Assembly: GCA_904063045.1 (NCBI GenBank) | Contig: CAJFCJ010000020.1 | Span: 1-64,000, forward strand | DNA: 64,000 nt | Direction: 5' to 3' | Source: Dimorphilus gyrociliatus | Taxonomy: Eukaryota; Animalia; Annelida | Shown: positions 10,330 through 23,853 of the stretch, in pieces | Position numbering within the stretch: the first letter of the stretch is position 1 | How the letters are laid out: the number at the start of each line of letters is the position of its first letter | The notes under the pieces: model-generated | Database searches by the model: none | What the model was told of the DNA's origin: nothing | Seen by the model: only the letters and a program-made list of their open reading frames with translations | Made by a program: the position numbers and the translations under genes

Positions 10330-13300
10330 ATGCCAGAGATGAAGCCCAATAAAGGAGAACTCGAACACTTGTTAAAATCCGTTGATCAAGATGTTGCCTC
10401 AACAAGGCATAAGGCCGATCCTTCTGAGTCAAGCGTCCGTATTACTCTCGAAGATTTCGAACTTTGGAGTAAATTCAAGGAGCTGACAAATGAGATGATA
10501 GTCACAAAAAGTGGACGGTATGTTCAATCATTTCTAATTTTATTATACAACTTACGAGTTTATATATTTCATTAGAATGTATATATAAATGTTTTTGCAC
10601 CGGTTTGTGTTAATAGTTAATCCAATCCCTTGGCGAATTATATTTAATTCTTGCTAATTTTCTCCTACGTAATCCTTTTTTTGTCCCTTACCGCAATTCA
10701 CACCGAACGTGTGTATGAAACTTTTACGAACGTGTGCCTTTGTGAGAAACTTATCAAAGTAAAAAAAATAATACAAACGATATCAGCACTGTTCAATCGA
10801 GTGACTATAAAGAGAGCTTATCAGCGTTTACGTGTCAATGCGTGGTTTGAATCCATTCGGCCGTAAGATAATTCTTTACACTCGTCTTTGTAATTCAATT
10901 CAACTTGCCCTCCCACACTTGAAACTTCCCCCATTTTTTAAGGTTTCGCGTAAACAAGAGTGTTTTTCGAGAAGGGTGGTCGGCGAAAGACAGGAATGAC
11001 GCCACTTTCCCTCATGTAATTGAAATTTTAGGAACCCCGATCGTGGGACTTGGACCCTTTTTCTGAGAAAGGCAATAGGAATAAGCCGTTCCCTTAAGCC
11101 CCTTCCCAAAAAACGACAATGAAGTAGACGAGAATATTAACTACGTATTCGTGACGTCGGCCAAAGACGTCGGATTCTGCTGTTTGATGTGACCCGTTTA
11201 TTGTTGCAGGGGCAATAGGCCTATATTTAGCGCTTTCTCATGGGAACTTTGCAACAAAATTAGTACGTTTATTATTTTCATAACAGAATCGGAAAAAACC
11301 TTACTATTAGTATTATAGGTTAAAACTTTTCACAAATGATTGACAGACAGAGACTTACCTATACGGTTCTATTGAGCTGCCGTTGATCTGTCCGCCTTAT
11401 TTTGGCTCACGTTTCTCTCAAGGGCCGGTTCTTTTCTCGGGTGCGTCTATCGTCCATTTCCCCTTTAGCCCTCTTGAACGCGCAACAGAAGAAAAAAGAA
11501 AATTGTTTGACGTTTATTACTTATAGAAATAGTGGATTTTTTTCCTTTTTAGAGAAAGACAGTTTGCGGTCATATCAGTGTTTGAGTGATTGTGTCCAAT
11601 TTTTGATTGGAGAAATGCAACTAGACGAAGTAGGTAGAGAGGAGAAAAGAAAATAGCCTTCGATCTTTGTGTATATTTGAATTAACGCGGCGTAAAGAAC
11701 GCGAACGCCTCGCCGACCTTTATGAACATTAAACGCTATTGTATTCGAAAGAAGTCTAGATATGTGCTGGTATCATATTGATTCTACGCTTCGCTATTGT
11801 AGACTCAAACGTGCTTTTTCGTAATTGGCTACAAAGGTGTTTGCATGCCCGAAAAAACGCCGATCACCTGCAATCGTGTACTGTTTGCTTAAAGAGAGCA
11901 AATTATGCGCCAATTATCGGTGTTGATCACAGAGGCTAGACAATACTGTGGATAGATCGAGTGAAGTAGGTACTTAACAGTCCTTAGACGATCAATTATT
12001 ACGTTCTTCTTTGATAACGTCCTGTAGCAGTGTAATATTTATATCTAATTGCTATATTATGTCGTACAAGTTGAAAATGTATGGTTTCTTTATCCACTTC
12101 AATTTACCTTTTTGATATGGAGACACGCGTAGGTGCTTCTGAATTGTCAGAGCAGCTATACAAAGAGTATACACCGTTCTGGCCTATATCAAAATACACA
12201 ACACTCCGGTTAAAATTCCATTATATACGTATTATACATAAATATACGAAAAGTCATTCAATAACTTTCGGTTTCGGTCCTTCAAAAGAAATTCAATTAT
12301 GCGTGAATAAATATACGGTGAACGTATATATATGCAGGGAAGCCGAATTATAAATAAAAAATAATTTAAATAGATTTTTTTAGATTCTTCGCGCCTATAT
12401 AGGGCTGTGCGGTAGGTAAACTTAGGTCTCGAATTCCCTTCTGGGCTTTGATAACATTCGCCAATCTCTAGTTAAAGAAACATTAAATCCTTCACAATAT
12501 CGTTTGACCCTGATCATTTTATCTATCCCACCTTATTGCTTTCTCATCCCAATTACATATCTATTAAAAAATTTTATAGTTTGATTTTATTCCATTTTCT
12601 TTCTAGACGAATGTTTCCCGTACTTAAAGTGAATATCAGTGGACTCGATGCAAACGCCATGTACACACTGCAGTTGGACTTTGCTCCAGTTGATTCTCAT
12701 AGATGGAAATATGTGAACGGAGATTGGGTTCCTGGTGGTAAAGCAGAGCCAGTTGCACCAGGAGCAATCTACACTCACCCAGATTCCCCTAATTTTGGAG
12801 CTCACTGGATGAAGGATTCTATAAATTTCTCAAAAGTTAAACTTACCAACAAGATGCATGGCAATGGGCAAGTAAGTGACCCATTTCTTTTAACCAATAG
12901 GCAACAGTCTACCCAGCCCCGAACGTTGATTGGCTAATAGATTAGTGACGTCCACGATGACGTAAAACACATAGGCCGGTGACGTAACTTTATGTCGGTT
13001 GTATATGCCCAACGGTACCTTTACAACGAACGGCTACTTTTGCCGGCCGACTTTGATGTTGAACAATAAGGAAATTTTGGCGAGCAATCGCTGTTTTATT
13101 TCTTCTTGTGCGGCTTGGCTTTTTACCCTCGTATAAAAATCTTTTTCTCCTTTTCCATTAGATAATGCTCAACTCCTTGCACAAGTATCAACCCCGAATA
13201 CACATAGTGAAAGTTGGAAATCGGGAAAACAAGCGAATACTTTGTACGAAGTCGTTTGAAGAAACGCAATTTATAGCTGTAACAGCTTATCAGAACGAAG

Positions 13301-14451
13301 AGGTTAGTTGTAAAAATAAATTACTTTAAAAGATGAGTTTACGAACTACTTCAAGTGCTACTCGACGCATCATATAAACGTAGTAGGAAAAGGAAAAGGC
13401 TATTCATTTCTCACCAAAGTTACATAATGAAAGTAATCTAAAAACGTGCAGTGTACAAAAGGGACTAGGCATTCGGCGGCATTCTACAGAAGCTCGCCCC
13501 TCAGAACTTGTGCATACATCGCCTTTTTCATTTTTCTTTAATTGTTTACAAAATATTTTGCCGCTTAACAGAAGCGATGAGCTCGCTAGGAATTTTTAAC
13601 AGCTTCTCGGCATTTATTTAACCGATTTTATATGACGCAACACTTAATTAAACCCATTTTACAGAATTCGTTTTAAGCTTATTCATTTTAATCCCTAACG
13701 TTCCTTAAACCTATTTCATACAGATAACCGCTTTGAAAATTAAGTACAATCCGTTTGCCAAAGCTTTTCAAGATTCGAAAGATCGACCAGATCAGAGGGA
13801 TATATCTCAATTAGACGATGTGTCCGACGAACAGAAGCGTTTCGCATCTTCGTGTAAGTATTGTTACAAAATTTCTTCATTTTGTAAATAAAGGTCGTAT
13901 TAAATTACAAGAAATCTAATTAACGGGTGCTAGACGTCGCAAGATGCCACGAGAATGGCACTATTCACGTAAAAACCCCGATCTACAACGCTGTACAAAC
14001 AAGCCCCTCATTCGCAACTACCCGATACATTTCTTTGTTTTTATTTATGGCCCTTCGGACGCTGGTCAAACGACTGTCTACATAAAACTATATACCTATA
14101 ATAATTATATATAGGCGTTTTATAGAAACACTCGAACGCCACATGCGTTCATACAGCGATCTGGCACGTTACCGATAACGAACCATTTCAAATCGTTGCT
14201 TATCGCCGAACACGTGCGTACCAACTGCAAATTTCATAGTCGCTAAACGAACTTAAATCAAAAGTTATATAGTCTGACGTCACTGAAAACTTATCTTAAA
14301 TCATTGGCAAAGATATATAGTTATAAAGTTATATTTATATATAAATATACTATATATATATACAGTGTCTAGTGTACGTTTATAGTTTATAACTTATATT
14401 TTTGTAAGATTATTTAGATACTCTTCGCTCACACCTAAACATCCTCAATAA

Positions 14452-14496
<45 letters not shown>

Positions 14497-15330
14497 CATA
14501 TAATATATTATATATATATATAATATTATGTTTTAAGCCTATATCATGCAACCGTAATAATGTTTGACCGATTTTGAATAGATTAAGTTTACACAGAAAA
14601 CATTGCTTTCCCTCAACTGTGTATGAAGTACAGAATATACTGTATAAGTTTTTCATTTCCAGATTCGTCACCTGCTTGGTTCTATCAAGCCCCGTCTCTC
14701 ACGCAACTGCAGTCTCCTCTAGGTATACCCGGAGCTTGTGACCGACTTCCAGCTTTTCGGAGTAGATATTCACCCTATTCGATACCAACGCCGTCGCGAC
14801 CCGGCACGCACCGTAAGTCACTCAAAATGCGGATCCGACTATAAAATTGTAGGCCTACCGGTAATAAAGTTGTGTGTGGTCTGTCTTTGATGTGTATTCC
14901 TAACAACTTTATTGCAAAAGCGCCCCTTTTGCCGGTATGCCACTTTCAATTATATGCGATCAATTTTCTCCACCCCCTTACAGCTTATTCACACGATGCG
15001 GGATTATTTGCAAACTGTACCAGTGATAGTTGGCAAACAGGCATGCTTTCGCCGTCGACAACAACTAATCAATATTCGAATTTATGGAATATAGCAGCGG
15101 CTGCAACTCCTACTCAACCTTGCGGACCATCTTATTTGACCCGGACACCAACTGGTACATATTTAACTACTGACAATTCCAACGAAAACGTTCCAACAAC
15201 GACCACTTCTTCACCAACCCACTACGAAGTTCATGCTACAGCTAATTCACAGGTAGACGCGTTAGACGCGTTGGCCTCGTTTGCCGGAAGTAAACCAGCC
15301 TGGAGTCCGCTTACACCTCCCCCTGTATAA
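10330..15330 (+). CDS. Bra: Brachyury (T-box transcription factor), 406 aa, 6 exons: 10330-10517, 12607-12871, 13162-13302, 13724-13853, 14663-14812, 14984-15330
   Basis: T-domain [19 protein letters not shown]|[14 protein letters not shown]...[11 protein letters not shown]...[16 protein letters not shown]...[11 protein letters not shown]|[15 protein letters not shown]; RSRYSPY motif; C-terminal WSPLTPP typical of Brachyury. All introns GT-AG, phases consistent (1221 nt). Confidence 0.97.
14325..14525. repeat. (TA)n microsatellite-rich tract in Brachyury intron 4
   Basis: Long tatata runs at 14325-14365 and 14455-14525. Confidence 0.9.
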
Positions 15331-17437
15331 AGACAAGAGCGTATACATATATAAAAGATATATAATATCTATATATAAATATAAATATATATTTATATAT
15401 ATATATTTATATATTATTTGTACAGTTTTGAATATATATTCTACGTAGACGGATGTTTTTTTCTAAAATAAATCCCTATGAGCTATAGATATATTGACGA
15501 TTGCACCTGGTATATAAGGTGGCCTGTTTCTCATTACTCCGAACTATTCTAATCCGGAATTAATGTTTATTCAAGCCGTATACAAAAAACCGAGCCTGTA
15601 TCGAGATCGTCATGCACGCTTCGTCACTCGAATATTTAGTTAAGGCGAACGCTAAATTATATGTTGACCCGCGTCCGAGCGTGCTTCGATTTAAAGGCGT
15701 CGGCGAACGGAAGCGGTAACTTCAAAAGGCGGTTTTCTTTTATCTTCGTGGCCTATGCTCCTTTCGTCGTCTGCCCGAGTCAATTGCAGTTACCTTGTCT
15801 TACGCCATTTTTTCGTCATTTTGTTGCATTTACACCCTGTTCAACATTTGTAAATTGCAACTATTTCGACAATGTTACGCTTCTAATTTACGTTACAATT
15901 CACTTTTGAATATTTAATTTAAATTGAGGTGCTTTTTAACCAATACGGTCTTTCAACGAAGGTGTGTGAACATCCCGCTATAATTCCCTTTTATCGGATG
16001 CGCTTAAGTAATTCTTTTCCCAACAAAAAGTAATGAATATAAATTTACTTAGCCCAAATAACTTTCCTACATTCGATTTATTACCCAGGTTTAAACAAAA
16101 GAACACTTTCTCTTTCAAAAATATAAATGCCGTGGAATGCTAACATTATTCCTATATATGGAACCGTTTAGACTATACATAGTTGTAAAACTCTTTCGAA
16201 TGGATCAGAAGAAGGATCCGTCTTTTCTTTATGCGTATTTTCTCTGTTTTCAAGTTTCAGCTTTCAGTAAATTTAGTTTATACTATAAGCTTCTGTAAAC
16301 CTAATAAATCTATTATTTCGGAGGCCGAGTTTCGACTTTATAAGCATAACTTTTTGCATATATTACACTAATCCTTCTTTGGAAGTCGGTCTGCTGGAAA
16401 AAGAGGGTCGAAATTGCTTTTTATTTATTCATTTATTTTTATAAAGTTCGCAATAAATAGGCCTAGTTTTTTATTTTAAACATAGAATCAAAACTAGATC
16501 GTAACCTTTATATTCGAATGTCTGTAGGTTTTGTCAAAGCTATCTTTATATAACTTTATTCGATTGATATGCAGAAAGTAAATTGTCTATAGGAATAGAG
16601 ATGAAACCTATAGTTAGTTGAAGAGTGATGGTGGGTGAGAGATATATGAATATATACAGTATAGTAGTTAGCTATTTGATTAATTGTAATAATTACATAA
16701 TAGAAAATAAGTAATTTAGTTAATTAATAAAGAAGCCTAAGAATTAATTATAAAATAATAACATAAATCAATAAATTAAGTAGAAAGGAAAATTATATGA
16801 ATCATTAAAATGTACAATTAAATTTAAAAATACCGCTTCAAAAAAGAAAAAAACTATTATTGACATAAGTTAAAAAGGAAATAAGACCACGTAGACACAG
16901 ACACTTAAAATATTCTACCAATCACGTTATATATACCCTATTCAATATACATTTTCCTCATCTTTCTACCTATTTGTCTTTACAAAGATTCGCGAAAAAA
17001 AAAAACATTTTTCAATGTAATATGACTCAAAGTTTGAGTTAAAGCGTTTCTAAGGATTACAATAAAAGTATAATATCCTAGACCTAATTTATTTTTCTCT
17101 CTCTCTCTCACTCGCGGTTCTTGAAGGAGCGGTAGGATATTTTTCTTTTATCACGGAAGTTGAGATTAATGGAGAACGGAAATTCGTCAGAGAAATTTAT
17201 CAACAATGTTACATCTGTGTTTTATGGTGTCGTTTTTTACCCAAATAAGAACAAAAAGATACTATTTGAAAGAAAGATTTATTAGAATTTTAAAAATTGA
17301 TGATAATGTGGGAAAAATTCCTTCTTAAGATAATAAAACTAGTTCGAAGGTCGAATCATGATTAATTCATGAGAAAAAGGAACTGACTTAATTCTTTCGT
17401 TTACCTTACTCAATTTCTTAAGGCTTTTTTTTTCTTA

Positions 17438-17481
17438 AGCGCCACCTGATTCTTTATCCTAACAATTTGCGCCATCTAGCG
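17438..17481 (-). promoter_or_regulatory. Pair of CTCF-like motifs in the same orientation
   Basis: Minus strand TCAGGTGGCGCT (17438-17449) and CGCTAGATGGCGC (17469-17481) match the CTCF core CCASYAGRKGGCRS. Motif match only. Confidence 0.45.
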
Positions 17482-20400
17482 AATTTTTGTAAACAATGTG
17501 TACTTTTTTCTTCTTTTTTTTGTCTTTTTTTCAGTCTCCGTCTGAACTTGTTTATTTAATTAACAAAATAAATTTTTTTTACGATAAGAAGTAAATAAAA
17601 ACTTTATTACTTTTACTTTTTTTTGTTGGGAAAATGTCAATTTGTTTCATCATCATTCCTGGAATAATTTTAATTTTGATGTAAAAGTCTCCTTTTAAAA
17701 ATGTTGACATTTTCGCGAAAGTATTTACTTATCTATTCCACTTTGTCCAATTCAAGTTCTCCAAAGGGCAGAGTTTTCTATGGAATGTTAAAAATTTACT
17801 ATTTTCAATTCAAAAGTAAATATTTCTTTTTTCTATTCCAGCGTTCTCCGCTTTCTTCTTCTTCGTCTCCTTCTTCACGTAACTCTTTGAATATTCATTA
17901 AACATAATTTTTTTTTGTTCTCTTTTTATTTAGTTGCAATGTTCTATTAGACTTTTTTATTTGTCATTTAAGATAAAATATTTCCCTTTTAATACTCTTT
18001 TTATTTAAGAAGAGGGAGAATAAAATCTTTTATTAACCTTTTGAATATTTATGAATGTATATCAAATACAAGATAGATGGCAGCACTTGAAAATAAAAAA
18101 AGCAACATTATTCTAATTTATTCATTTGTATTGATGAAAATATCACATTAAGTTAGGTTTATTAAGGATTTCCTTTGTATGAAAAGTCTTTTTCTTGTTA
18201 TTCTGATTATTTTTTGACAACATGATCATATAAAACACGGGTCGAATAACAATAAATATCACAAAAGAAATGTCAAAGGTCAGGGCAAATACAAATATAA
18301 AGATATAAGTTTTTTTTTACAGATATTGTAAACAAATCCATTATACAGAGAAAATTAGACAGTTGATCTTGTTAAGGAAAATATATAGAGTTGATTTAGT
18401 TAAGGTTCTTAAACATAGTGTATAGAGTTTCATTACCCCGACTGCCTCCTCTCCACACCCTCACACATATAACATATATAAACGGCACTTCTTCACTATA
18501 TATGATTTAAAAAAGAAGAATAAATGTTTAAATTGTTTTATTATCGATTAATTTTCAACGCAATTGATTTCACCAAAGCAATTCAAAAAGATTATCATTG
18601 ACTATTAGAGTATTTTTATCATCAAATACTTCTGACATACTTGCAAGATTGTATTGCCATCTAGTGTACAGTAGTAATAGTAAGTTTATCCTTAAAAATG
18701 ACACCACGTTGATATCTTAAATAAACAGTTTAGGATCAAACGTAAACTTTAACACGTATATATAAAAAAACTGAAAATTGAAAGATAGAAAAATTTGAAT
18801 CATTATATTATATGACAACAGCCTAGCAGCAAATTTTGAGAAGATTGCTTTGATGATGGTAAAAAATTTTTGTCCAAGAAAGACCAAGAGTATTGAAAAG
18901 TAAATACCTTGTGTCGGCGGTACCCGCATGGTATTTAGGTAATAAGAATACTTGTACAGATAATGTATATTTATTATCTTTATCTCTTATCTTTTCTACT
19001 GTGTGTTCATCGGGGGGAAGTTGTTTCATTTTTAGAGAACAAATATATCTTTTGGTCTTTATCAAAACGTAACATCCTGTAAAGGTTCAAAGGAGCTCAG
19101 TTTACAGATAGCTTACAAAAATGAATATTGTCGCTACGTCCTTATTTGCACGTAGTCGTTGATGGGTAATAATGCGAATAACATAAGAGATACTTAAATT
19201 ATGAGTTAGTGGACATTATCTTATACAGTATCGACAACTTTGGCGTTGATGATTCACTCTTTTCCATTAAAATCAATGTGTTTCTTAGAAATTGTTGATA
19301 AAGAAGAGTACAATAACAGCTAGTGCATATAATATCCAAAGTGACTTTCGAACAATACGAATGGCAAGGATCAAGAATATTTTTGACACAATGAAAAACT
19401 TTCTTCATTAGTAAATTAAGTTTTCAATAAGAAGAGAATAAAGAAAGAAAGAGAAGAAAGGTTGAATTTTGTCCTCCACAAATTATTAAAGGTATAAATT
19501 AACTGGAAAAAGAGATATGAGTTATGCGTAGCCAGCACAATTGAAAATGGAATGTTTTAATGATTCTATACGTTATTGATATATTATTTTTATAAAGTAT
19601 ACTAGTATTTAGCGCTGAATTGTTAATAAACATATCATTTCTAAGAATATAGGTTGGTTTGCGACCTAGATTTAATATTTAATATATTTAATATACAAAG
19701 GTAACGAAAAGAAAAATATCAGTATAAGACGTCAAATTTCGAAGTATAGTAGAAACTAGGGATTTTATATGTTCGTCTTAATCAAAAATACATTTCCGCA
19801 TATCAAAAATAATAAGAATATTAGGACTATGCAGCTACATCAATTATTCGCAGGTAAACGTTATGTGTTTGCAGGGAAATTTTTCAATGTTTATGATTAA
19901 TAGATATACCTGGTGATATTTTCAAGTCCTTTTAAGATTGATAGAATCAGACACTGTAAAGATTTTTTTGTGAAATTTACTATTTATATTTATCTTCTTA
20001 GCCTATCGTATTGTTATGTAAATCTTGTTTGTTATCTATAAAAGGGGAGATCAATGAAATTATTCATTAAATAAAAGTTGTTTTTTCGCTATTTACCTTT
20101 AGAAATAGGTAATTCAAAAAATTCAATAAAAGAGAATATAGATTTCTAAATAATAAACTCTAAAAAGAAAATTGTTGTCGACTTAATTAATTTTCAATTT
20201 CTTCTCATAATTTTCATATTCTATACCTGAATTTCTGTTTTTTCCCTTCTTTCCCTATAACAATTTATCAATATTTGAATTTCTGTTTGGTCAAAACCTA
20301 ATTATATAAATCGATTGAGCATTTATTGCCTAATTAAATATAAAGAGCGTTAAAAACGACTAAATAAATATTCTTGTATTTCATTCTCTTAGATTGCAAT

Positions 20401-20612
20401 TATTTTATAATTTACTGTAGCCAAATTATTGTTATTGTTATCGATTCAAATGGTAGCTAGGAGCGTTTTTCTCCCGTCTTCATTTTATAGAATGAAAACT
20501 CTTATGCTATATCTTAAACGTTTAGTTAGCTAAATTCTTGTTGAATCCTTCAAATTATCCATCTCTTTCTGCAATCTTCACCAATATAAATTTAATTACA
20601 GTTTAAGATTAA

Positions 20613-23600
20613 TTAGCACTTATCTTCATTATCTGTATATCTTTTTCTTAGTGTATAAACTTTGTTAATTACCTGAAAAATTAACGTAATTAAAATAAGG
20701 CGATCCGTCTTAATCCATTTTACCTTTAGAAAGAAAAACTCTATAAATTCAATTATAGTAACCACTGAAGCTCCAAGTAAAAGACCCATAAATCCTCCAA
20801 TCTCTGAGATAAATGCCAAAAATTCAAACTTTTTCATTTGAGTAATTTTCTCATAACTCATTTCTTTATAAAAAATTTCAACTTTGACAAAGTTTCGCCT
20901 GTTAAATGAATAATTTAGTTATGTAAGAATAAGAATAAAATGAAGAAGAAGATGAGAAAATCCTTTAATACTAACAAAAAGAAATCTTCGTCAATATAAG
21001 TATTTTTCTCAAAGATTCTCAATTCTTTTTGAACATTAAAAAATATTGCTAATATCTGTGAAACTTGCTCCTTAAACTGAAAAGTTTTATTAAAAAGAAA
21101 GATTTCCATTGAGATGGTTAAATTTGTAAAACAATTGGCCATAATCATAAATGTATAATTATTGTCAATGCATAATTCAAAATAAGTTACGAACGGCTCG
21201 TCGGTTTTATTAAAAAACTTGAAAAATTGTAAATTATCAGGCAAAGGTTCAAAAAATTTATTCCATTCGCCAAGAATATTTTTCCCGAAAAAATTTGATA
21301 TATCGTGAAAGTAGCCTGTCGTTTCTATTCGAAAATTGTCAAGTAGTCCAAGGAAATTTCTCATTTCGTATAATTTGTCAAGGATATCGTCATTATTTAA
21401 AATGTCTATTATCTCTTTCTTAGTAGCCGATTCGCGTATATTTGTCTTTTTTATGAAATTACTAAATTTCGTATGGAAATGTCTTAATATCTTTAGATTA
21501 AATATCGTATTTTTCCAAAAGAAATCGTAAATTTCAAGTTTTTTTCCATAGTCGTAAACATATTCACGAACTGTAGGTAAACGTTCAAGGAATAGTATAG
21601 TATCGTTTTCTTCTTTCTTGTTTATTAGACAATACGTTTGAAAATCTTCTTCGAACTGCAACGAATTTATTACTTCAATAGTGGTTGTCATAACGTATAC
21701 GCCTTCAATAGCCATTGCCTTAGTAGTATTTGACTGAAGCCAGGAGATAATGTCATTTACTTGTCCCAGATGATACTCTAATATAGTTAGTCTCTTCATG
21801 CATTTTGTGATAATCTTTTCGCTATACGATCTATTTGGGAAATGTGTCATAATCACTTCTCTGAAGGTTGAATAAATATTTTGAATAAAGTTTAGAAAAT
21901 TCGAAATAAGACTGTTCCGATTAGACCATGAAGAGATTATGTCTTCTAGTCGTTCATGTAAGGTATCTATATCGAAATTGGTACAATTTAATATGTCTGT
22001 TATAGTGGTAAGATTCTGCTTCCAACACGTATTCAACCAGTAAATTGTAAGGGTCGACTGAGAAAATACGTATTGACCTCCAAAATTAGACAATTCAGAA
22101 AAGTAACTTGAAAAGTTATTTTGCATTAAACGAATTGATTCATTTTTATGAACTTTACTAAGCATTTCCGCATCTTTTGAGAGATTATTAAGATCATTTC
22201 TTATTGCTTCCATAATTTCTTCAAAGAAAGGAATAGAATCGTTGGAGCTGTTCGATGATTTAGTTAATAAGCTTAAAAAATTGGTAATTTCAATCATAAA
22301 ACTATCAAATGATGATAGGAAGGGGATAAAGTTTTTTAGATTGCGATTTCTCTTTGACTCTTCCAGTACCTCTGTGTATTCTAGAGATTTTTGAACGCTT
22401 TCTTTTAAATTTTCTAATAAAGATTCGTTTTGAAAGAGATCTTTTTCGACACTTATCTTTGATATCGCTGACGAAGAGATTGACGGTTGGTAGGAAACTT
22501 GAAAGCATGGCATGTGACAGTCACAATTAATCTTTTTGTACTTTAATTTATTAAGTTCGTTCTCAAAGCAGAGAAACTCTTCTCCCAGAGAACAGCTATT
22601 CACCATTTTTATGAATTCCCACATATAATAGAGATAAAGAGGTCTGCATTGACATTTTTTAACGACTATTTGAATTCTACAAAAATCAACACATTCAGCG
22701 TGAGATTTAAAATGCGAATTCTCACAATAACCGTAAGGCGGGCTTAAACTATGAATCTCTGTTCTCTTTACGCTGATAATTGTATGCATTCCGGTCGAAA
22801 CAACAAAACCCAGATCGGAAACTAGAGGTTTATCGTGATCATCGTGGAGCAGTATTTTCAGTCCGGCGCCGTTATCAGGACCGGGCATGTGTTCATACTG
22901 TTCAATATTCAACAGGAGGGATAGTGCGTTGGCCCTCCCCCATTCAGTTACTATTATAGACTTGTTCGTGTTAAAAGATTGACAGATACCGTAATCTGTA
23001 TAAACTGGGTGGAAATTCTGGAGACAGTTTGCACCAGCCCATGAGCAACGATAAATAAAATCATCTCCGTGATGAATAGCTTCGGTTTGTACGTTGAAAG
23101 CGTCAACAGAAGTATAATTCTGTGAAATTATCTTTAAAATTTCTGTTTTATTATGTAAATCCGAATCGTAAAGAATATTGAAGAAATTGAAAAATCCTAA
23201 ATCTGCAATTTTAGTTAACCTGAAAATGTTTGTAAACGCATTATTCTTCATTCATTAAAATCCCAAAAGGCCACAAAAAAATCATTAAGAAATGTTTACC
23301 GAAATTTATTCTGATTGCAGATTGTAACTGTTGGAAATTTTAGTTTATCCGTATAAATAACCTCAACATTCACTGATGCTTCTTTCTTGTTATAATCTAT
23401 ACTCCTTGATATAACTTGAAAGATGAAAAGTCCCGAAATGCTTAGCACAATTAAAATCCAAAATATACGTCTAACAATTGAATGATTTCTTTTAAAAATG
23501 TTATTTATTCCATGGAAAGTAGTTTCTTGGGTAAATTCAGTCCACGTTATTATTTTAGGTTGCGGAGAAGATGAATCAGGAATTGTATCTACATTGATAT

Positions 23601-23613
23601 TTGTCATTTTCAA
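20613..23613 (-). CDS. DEG/ENaC (ASIC-like) channel paralog 4, 930 aa; exons 23300-23613, 20976-23219, 20724-20898, 20613-20672; about 495-aa segment at the knuckle position
   Basis: ETTFHG pre-TM1 motif, TM1, FPTVTICNQN, CSWAG..C, GLKILLH, Cys-rich thumb, TM2 SEIGGFMGLLLGASVVTIIE. GT-AG introns, phases consistent (2793 nt). Confidence 0.93.
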
Positions 23614-23853
23614 ATTGAAAATGAGAGATATTGTTCAAAAATATCTGATTATCATCGATACCAAAATAATTCAAAAAAGGCTTTTATTTAATGAAACAAT
23701 AAGAAATTGTTTTTTATATAGTTTTTTTTTCATTATAATTGAAAGAAAATCGATAAACTGGTAAATATAAAGCTTAATAAGTAACGCAATAAACAGAAAC
23801 AATTAGAATAACTATGATTGAATAAGTATTTATACAAAAATATTCTATTTAGA

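Noticed and set aside
14429-14439. T-box half site TCACACCTAAA in Brachyury intron 4 (autoregulation?)
   Set aside because: About one such 8-mer is expected by chance in this window, and another occurs near 58087.
17150-19450. Coding-looking fragments on the minus strand (Cys-rich 19199-19408, 18823-19065, charged stretch near 17830-17900)
   Set aside because: Could not be joined into a consistent spliced frame and no motif was recognised; may be a decayed gene.
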